From NCBI GenBank assembly GCA_000091205.1, contig AP006497.2: a stretch of DNA of 64,000 bases; one strand, 5' to 3'. The notes below the pieces were generated by a model, which saw nothing but the letters and a program-made list of their open reading frames with translations, ran no database searches and had not been told where the DNA came from. Made by a program: the position numbers and the translations under genes. Origin of the DNA: Cyanidioschyzon merolae (Eukaryota). Positions 1-8,547 of the stretch are shown here, in pieces. The number at the start of each line of letters is the position of its first letter. Within the stretch, counting starts at the first letter, position 1.

Positions 1-1646
1 GCATTTTGCGCTGCCGTTGCTGCTGCGAGATGACGACGACGACGACGATCCTTCGCTGTTTCCGCACGTCGACGGTGTGGTCGGCTGCGCTCGCGATCTC
101 CCAGGGCCCGCAGCTCGTCCGTATGGGCTGCAGCGTGCGTGCCTGCTTCGATATCTCGGCCCGCGTTCGTTGATTTGCCGTTCATGTGGGCGTCTTGCAT
201 GGAGCGAGTGCGTTCAGCCTCTTTAGTGGCGCTCTTGGGATCACTTTCAGAATGTGCATTCCTGGTGCCGACTGGAACGGCGAGGTCGTCTTCGATCTCA
301 TCATCATCATCATCATCGGCATGGTGGCGCCTAGAAACGCTCTGTTCCGATTCAGAAGAAGCCTCGACGGAGCTTGCAGGACGCACACCGGCTTGTTCGT
401 CTTCTGAACATTGACCCTCGCAGAGCGAGCCGTCCCCGTCAGGCAGCTTTTTTTGTCTCTCGCTGGATGCACGTTGTCGCATCGTCTCGTTGGGGTGCGC
501 GTCTCCATTCACCACGTCGTAGACGTGATCCTCGTCTCCTGTTGCTTCCACCTGACCCATAATCCGGAATACCTGCACTTCTTCGCCTTTGGCAAGACAA
601 AGATCCTTGCGAAAGCGTCGTACGCAATCCCGATGCTTCTTGCTATGCTCATGATTTTCCCACTGGGCAAACGTTTTGAAATACTTCTTACACGCAAGGC
701 ATTGAACACCTTCGATCGTTGGTTGAACCGCATCACTTGCTCCGTGAGGCTGGTTCACATCAGGTGCCTCCTCGCTGATGCCAGCGTACTCCAAATGCTC
801 CAGTAGCTCCTCAAGATTCGGTATATCCTCTTCAAGCTGCGCAGCAAGCCTCGCCGCATGCAGAGACCGAAGGCGTTCCCACTGTTCTCTTTCCTGGACT
901 TGTCGTTCTAGCTTCTCAGCTTCTTTTCGTGCTTCTTCTTCCTTGTGTTTCAATACTCGACGATCCCGCTTTTTCACAAAGGCAACGAGCTCTCGCACGA
1001 GCGCTTGGAACTCTCTGCGAGCACGCTCCCGCTCGCGGCGGTTGTCGCGTTCTATGGCCCGTCGAATCTCCCGGTTCGGCGCCTCGCTCGGGTTCCAGGA
1101 GTCCGCAAACGCGAACGTCTTCGCTGATACAAAGTTCTCCCAGAAGTTATAGAAGCGACGTACACTGGGCCAGTCCGCTGTGGCACTGCCGAACGGGGGC
1201 GGCTGTGCGCCTCCGGCTGCCACCTCTTCTCTCGCAAGCTGCTCGAACGCTGCTCCGTATACGTGATAGAAACCTCGTTCTCCGTCTTCGTAGCCATTAT
1301 AAGCAGAAGATCGGAAATATTCATATATATTGAGTTCTGTCGCCCGGTTCACCGTACGCTCTGTACGAGAAGCGGCACCGGTGTCCGTCCCAGGCGCTTG
1401 AGTCGCCTCCAGCGGATCCCGGCCGCGCAGGATATCCTCTCGGTGGTCATCATACCATTTTCGTTCATGTGGGTCTGAAAGCACTTCGTAGGCTCTCCGA
1501 AGCTCCTTGAAAGCCTCCGCTGCCTCTTCTGGTCGGTCGGGATTCTTGTCAGGGTGCAGGCGAAGCGCTGCTCTGCGAAACGCTCGCGTGATCTCCTCCG
1601 CGGTGGCGTCCCGTGGAACACCAAGAACTTCGTAGTGACAGCGCAT
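1..1646 (-). CDS. DnaJ (J-domain) plus C2H2 zinc-finger protein, DNAJC21/Jjj1-like. The 3' end of the gene runs off the window start.
   Basis: Own translation of the minus frame starting at the ATG at 1646 gives MRCHYEVLGVPRDATAEEITRAFRRAALRLHPDKNPDRPEEAAEAFKELRRAYEVLSDPHERKWYDDHRE (J-domain with HPD motif). This is followed by a C2H2-type finger CLACKKYFKTFAQWENHEHSKKHRDC and an acidic tail. The ORF track shows no ORF here because the frame stays open to position 1 and is therefore partial. Confidence 0.75.
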   Translation of the reverse strand, partial: MRCHYEVLGVPRDATAEEITRAFRRAALRLHPDKNPDRPEEAAEAFKELRRAYEVLSDPHERKWYDDHREDILRGRDPLEATQAPGTDTGAASRTERTVNRATELNIYEYFRSSAYNGYEDGERGFYHVYGAAFEQLAREEVAAGGAQPPPFGSATADWPSVRRFYNFWENFVSAKTFAFADSWNPSEAPNREIRRAIERDNRRERERARREFQALVRELVAFVKKRDRRVLKHKEEEARKEAEKLERQVQEREQWERLRSLHAARLAAQLEEDIPNLEELLEHLEYAGISEEAPDVNQPHGASDAVQPTIEGVQCLACKKYFKTFAQWENHEHSKKHRDCVRRFRKDLCLAKGEEVQVFRIMGQVEATGDEDHVYDVVNGDAHPNETMRQRASSERQKKLPDGDGSLCEGQCSEDEQAGVRPASSVEASSESEQSVSRRHHADDDDDDEIEDDLAVPVGTRNAHSESDPKSATKEAERTRSMQDAHMNGKSTNAGRDIEAGTHAAAHTDELRALGDRERSRPHRRRAETAKDRRRRRHLAAATAAQN

Positions 1647-1722
1647 GACAAATGTTTGTGCCGCTTTTGGGGTCTGCCCCTGATCGTTATTAGAACCCCA
1701 CCAGAAGAAACGCATTTTCCCA

Positions 1723-1794
1723 CGGAAGCGGCAGCGAACGCCGTTCAACAGTCGAAAGTCGCCAGCAGTGTACAGTAGTTGCGAATGACCTGCC
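1723..1794 (-). ncRNA. Candidate omegaRNA scaffold / right-end module of element F0
   Basis: Non-coding stretch downstream of the nuclease stop. It contains block 'ctgtacactgctggcgac' and terminal block 'gaacggcgttcgctg', both shared with the other copies. See the findings. Confidence 0.3.
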
Positions 1795-2235
1795 CTAGAC
1801 GAGACACGTCCGAATGACGTGCAGACGCCTCCCAGTATTTTTGGACCGGCCACCGACTACTGGTTCCATTTTTTTCTCATATAATCTAACCTTGAGATGT
1901 TGCCCTGCAAAAATTTCTCTTGTCATCTCTGGAGGCCTCTTGTCCATCACCGCACGTCTCCTGATATTGATAGTGGCATTAAAGTCTCGATTCACAAACT
2001 CCATGCGTTTCCTGCCATTGGTAGTTGTATTCATTAGTGCGAGTAGTCCGCGAATTTTCGCCTTAGTTTCCATTTGCACTTCCGCCAGCGCTTTGTACTT
2101 TTTTACACCCTCAAGGCTCGGCTGACACTGCTCCATCTTGACCTTCTGGAGCGTACACCACAGCTCGTGGCGTATGTTGGATGTTCGGAACTCATATATC
2201 GGTATTGTGACGAAACATCGTGCGCATTCCTTGTA
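1723..2235 (-). pseudogene. 3' fragment of a TnpB/Fanzor-like RuvC nuclease element (copy F0). C-terminal about 145 aa plus the conserved 3' non-coding module.
   Basis: Minus-frame translation: ...AYKECARCFVTIPIYEFRTSNIRHELWCTLQKVKMEQC...GRKRMEFVNRDFNATINIRRRAVMDKRPPEMTREIFAGQHLKVRLYEKKMEPVVGGRSKNTGRRLHVIRTCLV*. This is homologous to the C-termini of copies at 8.5, 18.3 and 39.1 kb. A stop sits immediately upstream at about 2235, so the copy is 5'-truncated. CxxC..H..C..C zinc-finger residues are retained. Confidence 0.7.
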
Positions 2236-2889
2236 CGCTCATTGCGAGTTGCTGTAAACCGGAAACGAAATTCTCCTCGACAAGCCATAAAAGTGGTGTT
2301 GTGGCTTTCCGCCAGACACGGTGGCTGTTTTTGCCGTGTCCATGGTCCCGCAGGCGTGTCCCGGAGTGCGCTGACTCCATAAAAGCCGCGAGTTCGCGCT
2401 GCTGCCCTGGCATCGGGGTGCTGGCGGCTCCACAGCACAGATACCTCATGATGTGCGGGCGAAGCATGCTGCTTCAGCACCGTAAGAACGATGCGCTCTC
2501 ATGCGCGTTCCCCTATGATCCGAGATGTAATCCACAGAGTGATGCTGGCGGCTATGACCGAGCGTCTTGCATATAGAATGCAAATCTGGGAACTGCGGCC
2601 TAAGGCTCGGAGTTCCAAGTCACGAATGGTCCATATGCTCACGATCGGTACTCGAAGCGAGCGCGCTGGACATTATACACTGCTTTGCTGCACGAGAACA
2701 GTGCTATGCTCGGGGCCGGCTAGAGTACCTTACGAAAAGTCAGCAGGAACGTCGCTTTCAGGTACGGTGCGTGACACGGGCTAGGCGAGAGCGATCCGTT
2801 TGCGAATCATTTCGGAATGCGAATTCGATGTTCATGAGTGTCTTCCCGTAGTAATGCCTCTTTACTTCAGGTTCGAGGCGCGCCTGTTC

Positions 2890-3662
2890 GAGTTGGTTTA
2901 GCGCTTGCGTTCGAGCTTTTTGTCGATTCCATCGGGAAGCAGACCTGCTTTTTATTCTTCCTTGCACTCCGTGATTCAAGCCCATCACAGACGTGTTTTC
3001 TATCGTGAAACGTAATGATCGCTGCACTGGGCGAATCGCTGAAGCGTTCTGCACAATCACGTCGGAGCATATATCGTCGTTTTTCAGCAAGTCTTTCTCC
3101 CTCCGGGCAGGTCGTCGACTACGGGCATTCAGAAGTACGTGCATTTGTCGAAATAGAAAATCCATGCGAAAAGTATGGACATGAAAGTTAGGGATCCCGG
3201 AGGGTCGTCATTGCCAGGCGCCGGAAAAATGGATATATTGCTCTCCTCGTCGACCAGTGAGCGAAGAAGAGCAAGCGAAGATGATGACGAAGAAGAAGAG
3301 AATAGATAGGCGAGAAAAGATGGATGCCCGACGAGACGCTGGCGATTCTTTATTAGCACTGACGGCGCGAGTTCTAGCAATCCTGGCAATCGTGCGTTCA
3401 ACCGTCGACGATGCTCGCATGTAGCTCGTGAACCGAGACTTCACTGTCACCATCAATATCAGACGATGCGCGGTGCAGGAAACGATACCCGAGGAGCTAT
3501 GACGATCCAACTTCGTAGGGCATGCGCTCAGGCTCGACGCGTGCCTGGATACACTGAAGCTGCCAGCAGGTGGCTGGTCAGAAAAAATGGGAGGCTTCTG
3601 CACGCGGGCACCAGTTTAACCTCCATGGGCGCGAAATGCCTATCGTTTTACTGACTACAGAC
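2890..3662 (+). mobile_element. Internally deleted (non-autonomous) derivative of the Fanzor-like element (F0b). 5' leader segment is joined directly to the 3' about 350 bp including the RuvC-III remnant.
   Basis: 2890-3167 is homologous to 16060-16329 (leader of copy FA). 3168-3290 matches the FA start ('atggacatgaaagttagggatcc' vs 'atgcacgtgcaagtcggggatcc') up to 'cgacgagacgctggcga'. It then jumps to the sequence encoding ..LVNRDFTVTINIRRCAVQETIPEEL* and the 3' module ending about 3662. Confidence 0.6.
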
Positions 3663-4541
3663 GTTCATTCTCGAGCTCGCTCGTACGGCCACCAGCAACT
3701 AGTATACTGTGTTAAGAAGCATGCACAGTGAAATTCCGCAAAAGCTGAGCAGTCACCTGCATGCTGTTCTGATCTGGTAGGCTCGTACGCCATTTGGAAC
3801 GTTGGAGTCGTTTGCTTGTGCCTCCTTCGCGAACGAGCGATGCGGCGTCCGGAACCTTGGCCAAAACGCGTTCCAATACATTATTTCGAAAAGCTGGGCG
3901 TGAGACGCGAGTCAGGACGAAACGGCAATGCGCGCTCAAAGTATGGAAGACTCGATAGAGTCGACCTATCGAAAACAGCTGAGAACCCGAGGATACCAGT
4001 CGAACTTCAACGGTCTTGGACGAAGTTCACAGCCTCAGCACTTGAAATGCCATCCAAATCGCATCAAAACTTGAATATTGTTATTCGGGAGCAAATCGCG
4101 TCTCCGCGCTGGCCTGCCAGGGTTACGCCTCCGATGCCGTTCAGGTAGCCTTCATTGGAACTGGTTGTCTCCCAATGAGCCGTCTCGCTCGGCGGACCGC
4201 TCCCGCAGGCAATGTGCGTTTCCATTCAAAGTCAATCACATGCATCAAGCGTTCCAGGCGCTGCTCATTCGCCTGCACGGGACACTCGCAGGGCAACACG
4301 CTCTGCAGGCACAAGACACTAGTACGATATGCGCGTCCTTCGCAGATCAGCTCCATAGATTGTGGAACCCAAACGACGCTCCACATTCACCCAAGGACGA
4401 GAGAGCGCCCGCCCCGCAGAGCGATGGGATCCGCACGCGGCTCCGGTGCGCAGCCGCTGCCACGCGTCGTTATCGGGAGGCCTCTTCCGACTGACGGCAT
4501 CAGGTCATCACACGCTCATACAATGCTCAATCTCCAACCGG

Positions 4542-6167
4542 CTACGGGGAAAAGCTCTGGAAGAAGGAAATCGAAAAACCCTCGTCAAACCGGTCGCCAT
4601 CGCCACGTCGCAGAATACGTGCCCAGTTGACTTCAAACCGACCGAGGCTCGTACAGCAGGCGAGTCCAAGACCCGCTGACATGCGCCAACTCTGGCGCCA
4701 CGCGACAGCGTCCGACCATTCCCGACAGTCACCTATTGCACAGAACGTGTGGAACTGTAAGCCGAGGGAGCGTGCCACTGCACTGGTAACGATCGGGACG
4801 CCTAGATGTAAACCTAGTTTGTAGTAGACATCTCCACCGATGCTGTCTCCATCGGCGCTGGGCCCTAGGCCCCGATTCCGGAAGCCTCGGAATGCATTCG
4901 CACTGCCGCCGACGAAAAATCGATCGCAGATCCTCGTCTGACGCAACGCATGCCGGGGGCCGGCACGGTGCTCGCTTTTCCGGTCTTTCATCGCAGCGAG
5001 CGCTTGGTGGAAGGGAATGATCATTCCCCCCTGGAAGCCAACTGAGAACACGATAGGAGGCATCAGACGCTCGGGTGGTGACGGGGCAGCGTCACCAGCT
5101 GCAAGTGAATCGTCCACATTGCGCACGAGTTCGCTGCCGTCGGCTCCCGTCAGTGGCACATTCCACTGCCACGAGAGCTCGCTTCGAATAAATCTCGTTG
5201 CGGGATCGCCACCGAGTCCCGCTAGTTCACAGTTCCACTGAGCATTCGTACCCTGACGAGGCGCCAGCGGATCGTCGCGACCATCCCGGGTCCAGGTGTA
5301 TTTGAATGAGCTCTTCACTGAGTGCCCAGCTTGTTCACGAACCCTGATGCTTGCGTGCGGTGCGACTTGCCCCAGCTCGCGCCAGCTGCACTCATAAGCG
5401 AAACGTCCGAACCGCGTCTGGAGGCCGGCTTCAAAGCTGCGCTGAAACTCACTATACGAACTTGTGTCCATGCGATTCAGCAGGGCGCTCTCGGCACTTG
5501 CCGTCGCCAATGCGTCCAGTAACCCCCAGGGATGTGGTTTTCGCCAACCGCAAACAAGATGATTCGTGGCTGTTTGTTTTGCAAATAGGTAGCGGTTCGG
5601 GTGCACCAGTGCAGCGAGGCTACTCAAACTCGAGAGCGCGAATCCGGACCCGCCGACGCCCGCACCAAGTTGGCAATGCAAAGCATCTCCCGTCCCAGTA
5701 AAGTTTATGAAGCCTCCATCAAGCTCGAGAGCGGTCTCGCCGGTGCGCGTATCGGTAGAGGTCCCAATACGGAGTGAAAAAGGTGGCGCCTCACGCACAG
5801 TAACGAGTGCATCGCAGGGCACAGACTCTGCAGTTGGCTCACCGTTCGCAGGGACCGCCGATTCATCGATGAGAATGTCCACTGCACGGAAACACTCGGT
5901 CAGACGGAGTCGCTCGGTTGCGAGTGACGCTCGTTCGAGGAGCTCCTCGAGTGTCAACGAGCGGCGGCTAGACTCAGGAGGCAACGAGTCTCGGTTCTGC
6001 TCCTCCGACAAAGATGCATCTAGGAGGCTCTGGACAAAGTCGATGCGAGTTCGTTCGACGCCGCGAATAATGACCCGCCGCAGACGAACTGTTTCACGCA
6101 AGATGTCGCGAACTGGTGCTTCAAGATTTTGCGCTGAGGCAGTAGCTTGCTCAGATCCGGAAACCAT
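4542..6167 (-). CDS. Sam50/Tob55 (Omp85 family) mitochondrial outer-membrane beta-barrel assembly protein
   Basis: 560-aa ORF. It has a POTRA-like N-terminus (RLRRVIIRGVERTRIDFVQSLLD), an Omp85-type 'DRFFVGGSANAFRGFRNRGLGPS' motif and a beta-strand-rich C-terminus. The track start at 6224 is GTG; the first ATG is at 6167. Confidence 0.7.
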   Translation of the reverse strand: MVSGSEQATASAQNLEAPVRDILRETVRLRRVIIRGVERTRIDFVQSLLDASLSEEQNRDSLPPESSRRSLTLEELLERASLATERLRLTECFRAVDILIDESAVPANGEPTAESVPCDALVTVREAPPFSLRIGTSTDTRTGETALELDGGFINFTGTGDALHCQLGAGVGGSGFALSSLSSLAALVHPNRYLFAKQTATNHLVCGWRKPHPWGLLDALATASAESALLNRMDTSSYSEFQRSFEAGLQTRFGRFAYECSWRELGQVAPHASIRVREQAGHSVKSSFKYTWTRDGRDDPLAPRQGTNAQWNCELAGLGGDPATRFIRSELSWQWNVPLTGADGSELVRNVDDSLAAGDAAPSPPERLMPPIVFSVGFQGGMIIPFHQALAAMKDRKSEHRAGPRHALRQTRICDRFFVGGSANAFRGFRNRGLGPSADGDSIGGDVYYKLGLHLGVPIVTSAVARSLGLQFHTFCAIGDCREWSDAVAWRQSWRMSAGLGLACCTSLGRFEVNWARILRRGDGDRFDEGFSISFFQSFSP

Positions 6168-6446
6168 CCGCGGGTGCGTACCAGTGCAGCGCTCCTTGAA
6201 GAAAGCTGCCGATTTCTCCACCACACACTGGAGACGTAGACCTCAGACAGTCGAGGTCGATCGCAGCTGCCGAGCCTTTGCAAAACCTGTCCACGGTGTA
6301 AGCAGACACGTCGTCCCCAAAAGTCTGCACCAGCGCAACGCCACATTGGTTCGGGCGAGCGCTTCCGCTGCCGAGGGCGATCCTGCGGGCCTGCCTGCAC
6401 AGCCGCTCGATGAGTGCATTGTCGCCCGTTCGGCGTTCTGGATCGA

Positions 6447-6650
6447 CTGCGTTGAATGGGACTGCATCTGGCAGTGACGTCGGAGGTGTTATGGTGTCAT
6501 CTGGGTGTGCAACGATGCTCAAATGCGTTGCATGGGACTGCATCTGGCAATAACGATCGACCGCGTTGACAGGGACTGCATTTCGCACTAAAGTCGGAGG
6601 TGTCATCGTATCATCTGGGCCTCAAGTCGTTCGTGCAGTGTTGATGCCGG
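6447..6650. repeat. Complex tandem duplication in the Sam50 5' flank (motif 'gcgttgNNtgggactgcatctggca' three times; 'gtcggaggtgtYatSgtRtcatctggg' twice)
   Basis: Direct inspection of 6440-6650. The overlapping ORFs are repeat artefacts. Confidence 0.7.
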
Positions 6651-6918
6651 GTCGAAGAAAGGGACCGATTGCCCGTGCGCTTTTGTCCATGCGCACAGTC
6701 CCTGGAAGGCGGAGTGCGTTGATGATGGAGGTCCTTTTTGGATGCGTCCCCCAGATATCCCGCTGTTCAGACTCAAAAGGGTGACAGTCCTATTGAAAAG
6801 GTTCTCGTGCATCATGCCGCTCGCTAGTTTCGTCCCGGACAGCAAGGATAACCCCTAAAAGAGCTACAGACCACGGCGACGAGCTCGATGAACAAGAGTC
6901 TGCTCGTTCGGCGGCTGA

Positions 6919-6921
<3 letters not shown>

Positions 6922-6957
<36 letters not shown>
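6922..6957. repeat. (CAG)n microsatellite
   Basis: 12 perfect CAG units. Confidence 0.9.
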
Positions 6958-7085
6958 CGTTGCGCTGTCACGATCGAATTCGTGACATCACCGCCGCGCT
7001 TCACGGACGGCACACATCGCGCACCATCTACGAGCACATCTGTTTTCGCGCTGTACGCTCTTGAAGAGCAAAAACCAGGTGGCAT

Positions 7086-7163
7086 ATGAGGGCCAAGTGG
7101 AAGAAGAAGCGTATGCGCCGCTTAAAGCGAAAGCGACGAAGGATGAGACAACGTAGTAAGTAA
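7086..7163 (+). CDS. RPL41: Ribosomal protein eL41 (25 aa)
   Basis: The sequence atgagggccaagtggaagaagaagcgtatgcgccgcttaaagcgaaagcgacgaaggatgagacaacgtagtaagtaa translates to MRAKWKKKRMRRLKRKRRRMRQRSK. This is essentially invariant eL41. It is too short for the ORF track. Confidence 0.85.
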   Translation: MRAKWKKKRMRRLKRKRRRMRQRSK

Positions 7164-7554
7164 GGCTGCTCTTTTCGTCTCCATAAATGTTGGCAGCTTG
7201 GCTCGCAACGTGCACGACAGGCACTCGGGGCGCCAGTTCATGAACGAGCTCGCGGCTGTGTTGCCGGTTTACGTGTTGGGGCGACTCTTTTTAGCTGAGA
7301 GTCGTCGTTGTCGTTGTCATAAATTGCGACACAAAGTATTTGCCGCCTCTTCTTCTCTAGACGGGTGAGTTGAAGCTACGAACTCGGAGGGCACAACTTT
7401 GACCTCGGAAACGAACCAGTTGGAACGGTAACCACTTTTAGCGGTATTATAAACAGGACGGACAGCCTTTTCCCCCGATCACTTGCAAGATGAGACTCTC
7501 CAGAAAACGAGGCGTTCGCCGGTCTCTACGAACACTGGCCGCGTGCCCGCTGCG

Positions 7555-8547
7555 TTAGTGCGTTTGCTGGATCTCCCGTTGAATCTCAGCAAGCGCCAGG
7601 CGCACGTCCCGCTCTGTTACCACCCTGTTTTCTCGTGCACACTCTTGGAAGAGGCTGTACAACCGCCTTTTGGCGGCGCCCCAGGCATATGCGTACTCCA
7701 GCTCCAGCACCCGCTTGCCCTGAATCGAAGGCGGAAACGGAGACATTTCCACGTCGACGGCACCATCCGCAGCCTGTTCCTCATCAAAAAGCCATTCCAG
7801 ATGCGCAGCGTTTCGTTGTGAGCTGCAGGCGTCACATGGACAGACTACCGCCTCCAGTTCCTCCACAGTCACAAATATCGGAGCCATTTGCTCCGACTGC
7901 GTCGACGTGTCGCTGTCAAGTACCGCTTGCGCAATGCAAAGCGGTTTCGACACGCTGCCCGCTGCCTTGGCAGCGGGCACCCATAGCGCCAAGGGGCTGC
8001 AGCTCCGCCGGCACGCAGTGCACACAAGCAGCCCGTCCGTGGAGCCCGTCGTCGCGTCCAGGCCACCGAGGCACTTGACGTGGAACCAGTCCTCACAACC
8101 AATACACTGGTGCATGGTGTCGTCTTTCTCGCCTTGATACTCGGCGTCACATACACAGAACCTGTTTCGAGCGTTGTGATGCTCTCGCAGCCACCACACC
8201 TGAGAGGTCGGCAACGGCGCAGCGGCAACGTCGCTTAGCGCACAGTGCGGAGGCGCACACTGGCATACGAGTCCGTGCTTGTTTCCCAGCGCAAACGTGT
8301 CGTGGTCTGCGTGGCAGGCATCCGCACACGCCTGGCATACGATGGACGGTAAACTGGGGCCCTCGGGCAGCGCTGCCCGCGTCGTGCACGTCCGACAGAC
8401 ACACACTGCTATTGCACGTTCTGCTTGAGAGCGCTCGCGAGCACACTGCCAGTTGTGCTCTGGACACGCAGCACTGACTAGGTCCTCCAAGGTCACCACA
8501 TCCTCTGAGTCTTCGACTGAACCGAGAGCGTGCTCACTAGACCCCAT
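7555..8547 (-). CDS. Cys-rich UBR-box-like plus PHD-finger protein (UBR7-like)
   Basis: PHD signature CVCDAEYQGEKDDTMHQCIGCEDWFHVKCLGG, preceded by a C/H-rich UBR-box-like N-terminus. The track start at 8574 is TTG. The first ATG (MGSSEHAL...) is at 8547. Confidence 0.55.
   Translation of the reverse strand: MGSSEHALGSVEDSEDVVTLEDLVSAACPEHNWQCARERSQAERAIAVCVCRTCTTRAALPEGPSLPSIVCQACADACHADHDTFALGNKHGLVCQCAPPHCALSDVAAAPLPTSQVWWLREHHNARNRFCVCDAEYQGEKDDTMHQCIGCEDWFHVKCLGGLDATTGSTDGLLVCTACRRSCSPLALWVPAAKAAGSVSKPLCIAQAVLDSDTSTQSEQMAPIFVTVEELEAVVCPCDACSSQRNAAHLEWLFDEEQAADGAVDVEMSPFPPSIQGKRVLELEYAYAWGAAKRRLYSLFQECARENRVVTERDVRLALAEIQREIQQTH

Noticed and set aside
4175-4679. Plus-strand ORFs 4175-4630 and 4362-4679 downstream of element F0b
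   Set aside because: No recognisable domain. They overlap the 3' end of Sam50 on the opposite strand, with basic low-complexity composition. Not enough to call a gene or to claim F0b also abuts a host start codon.
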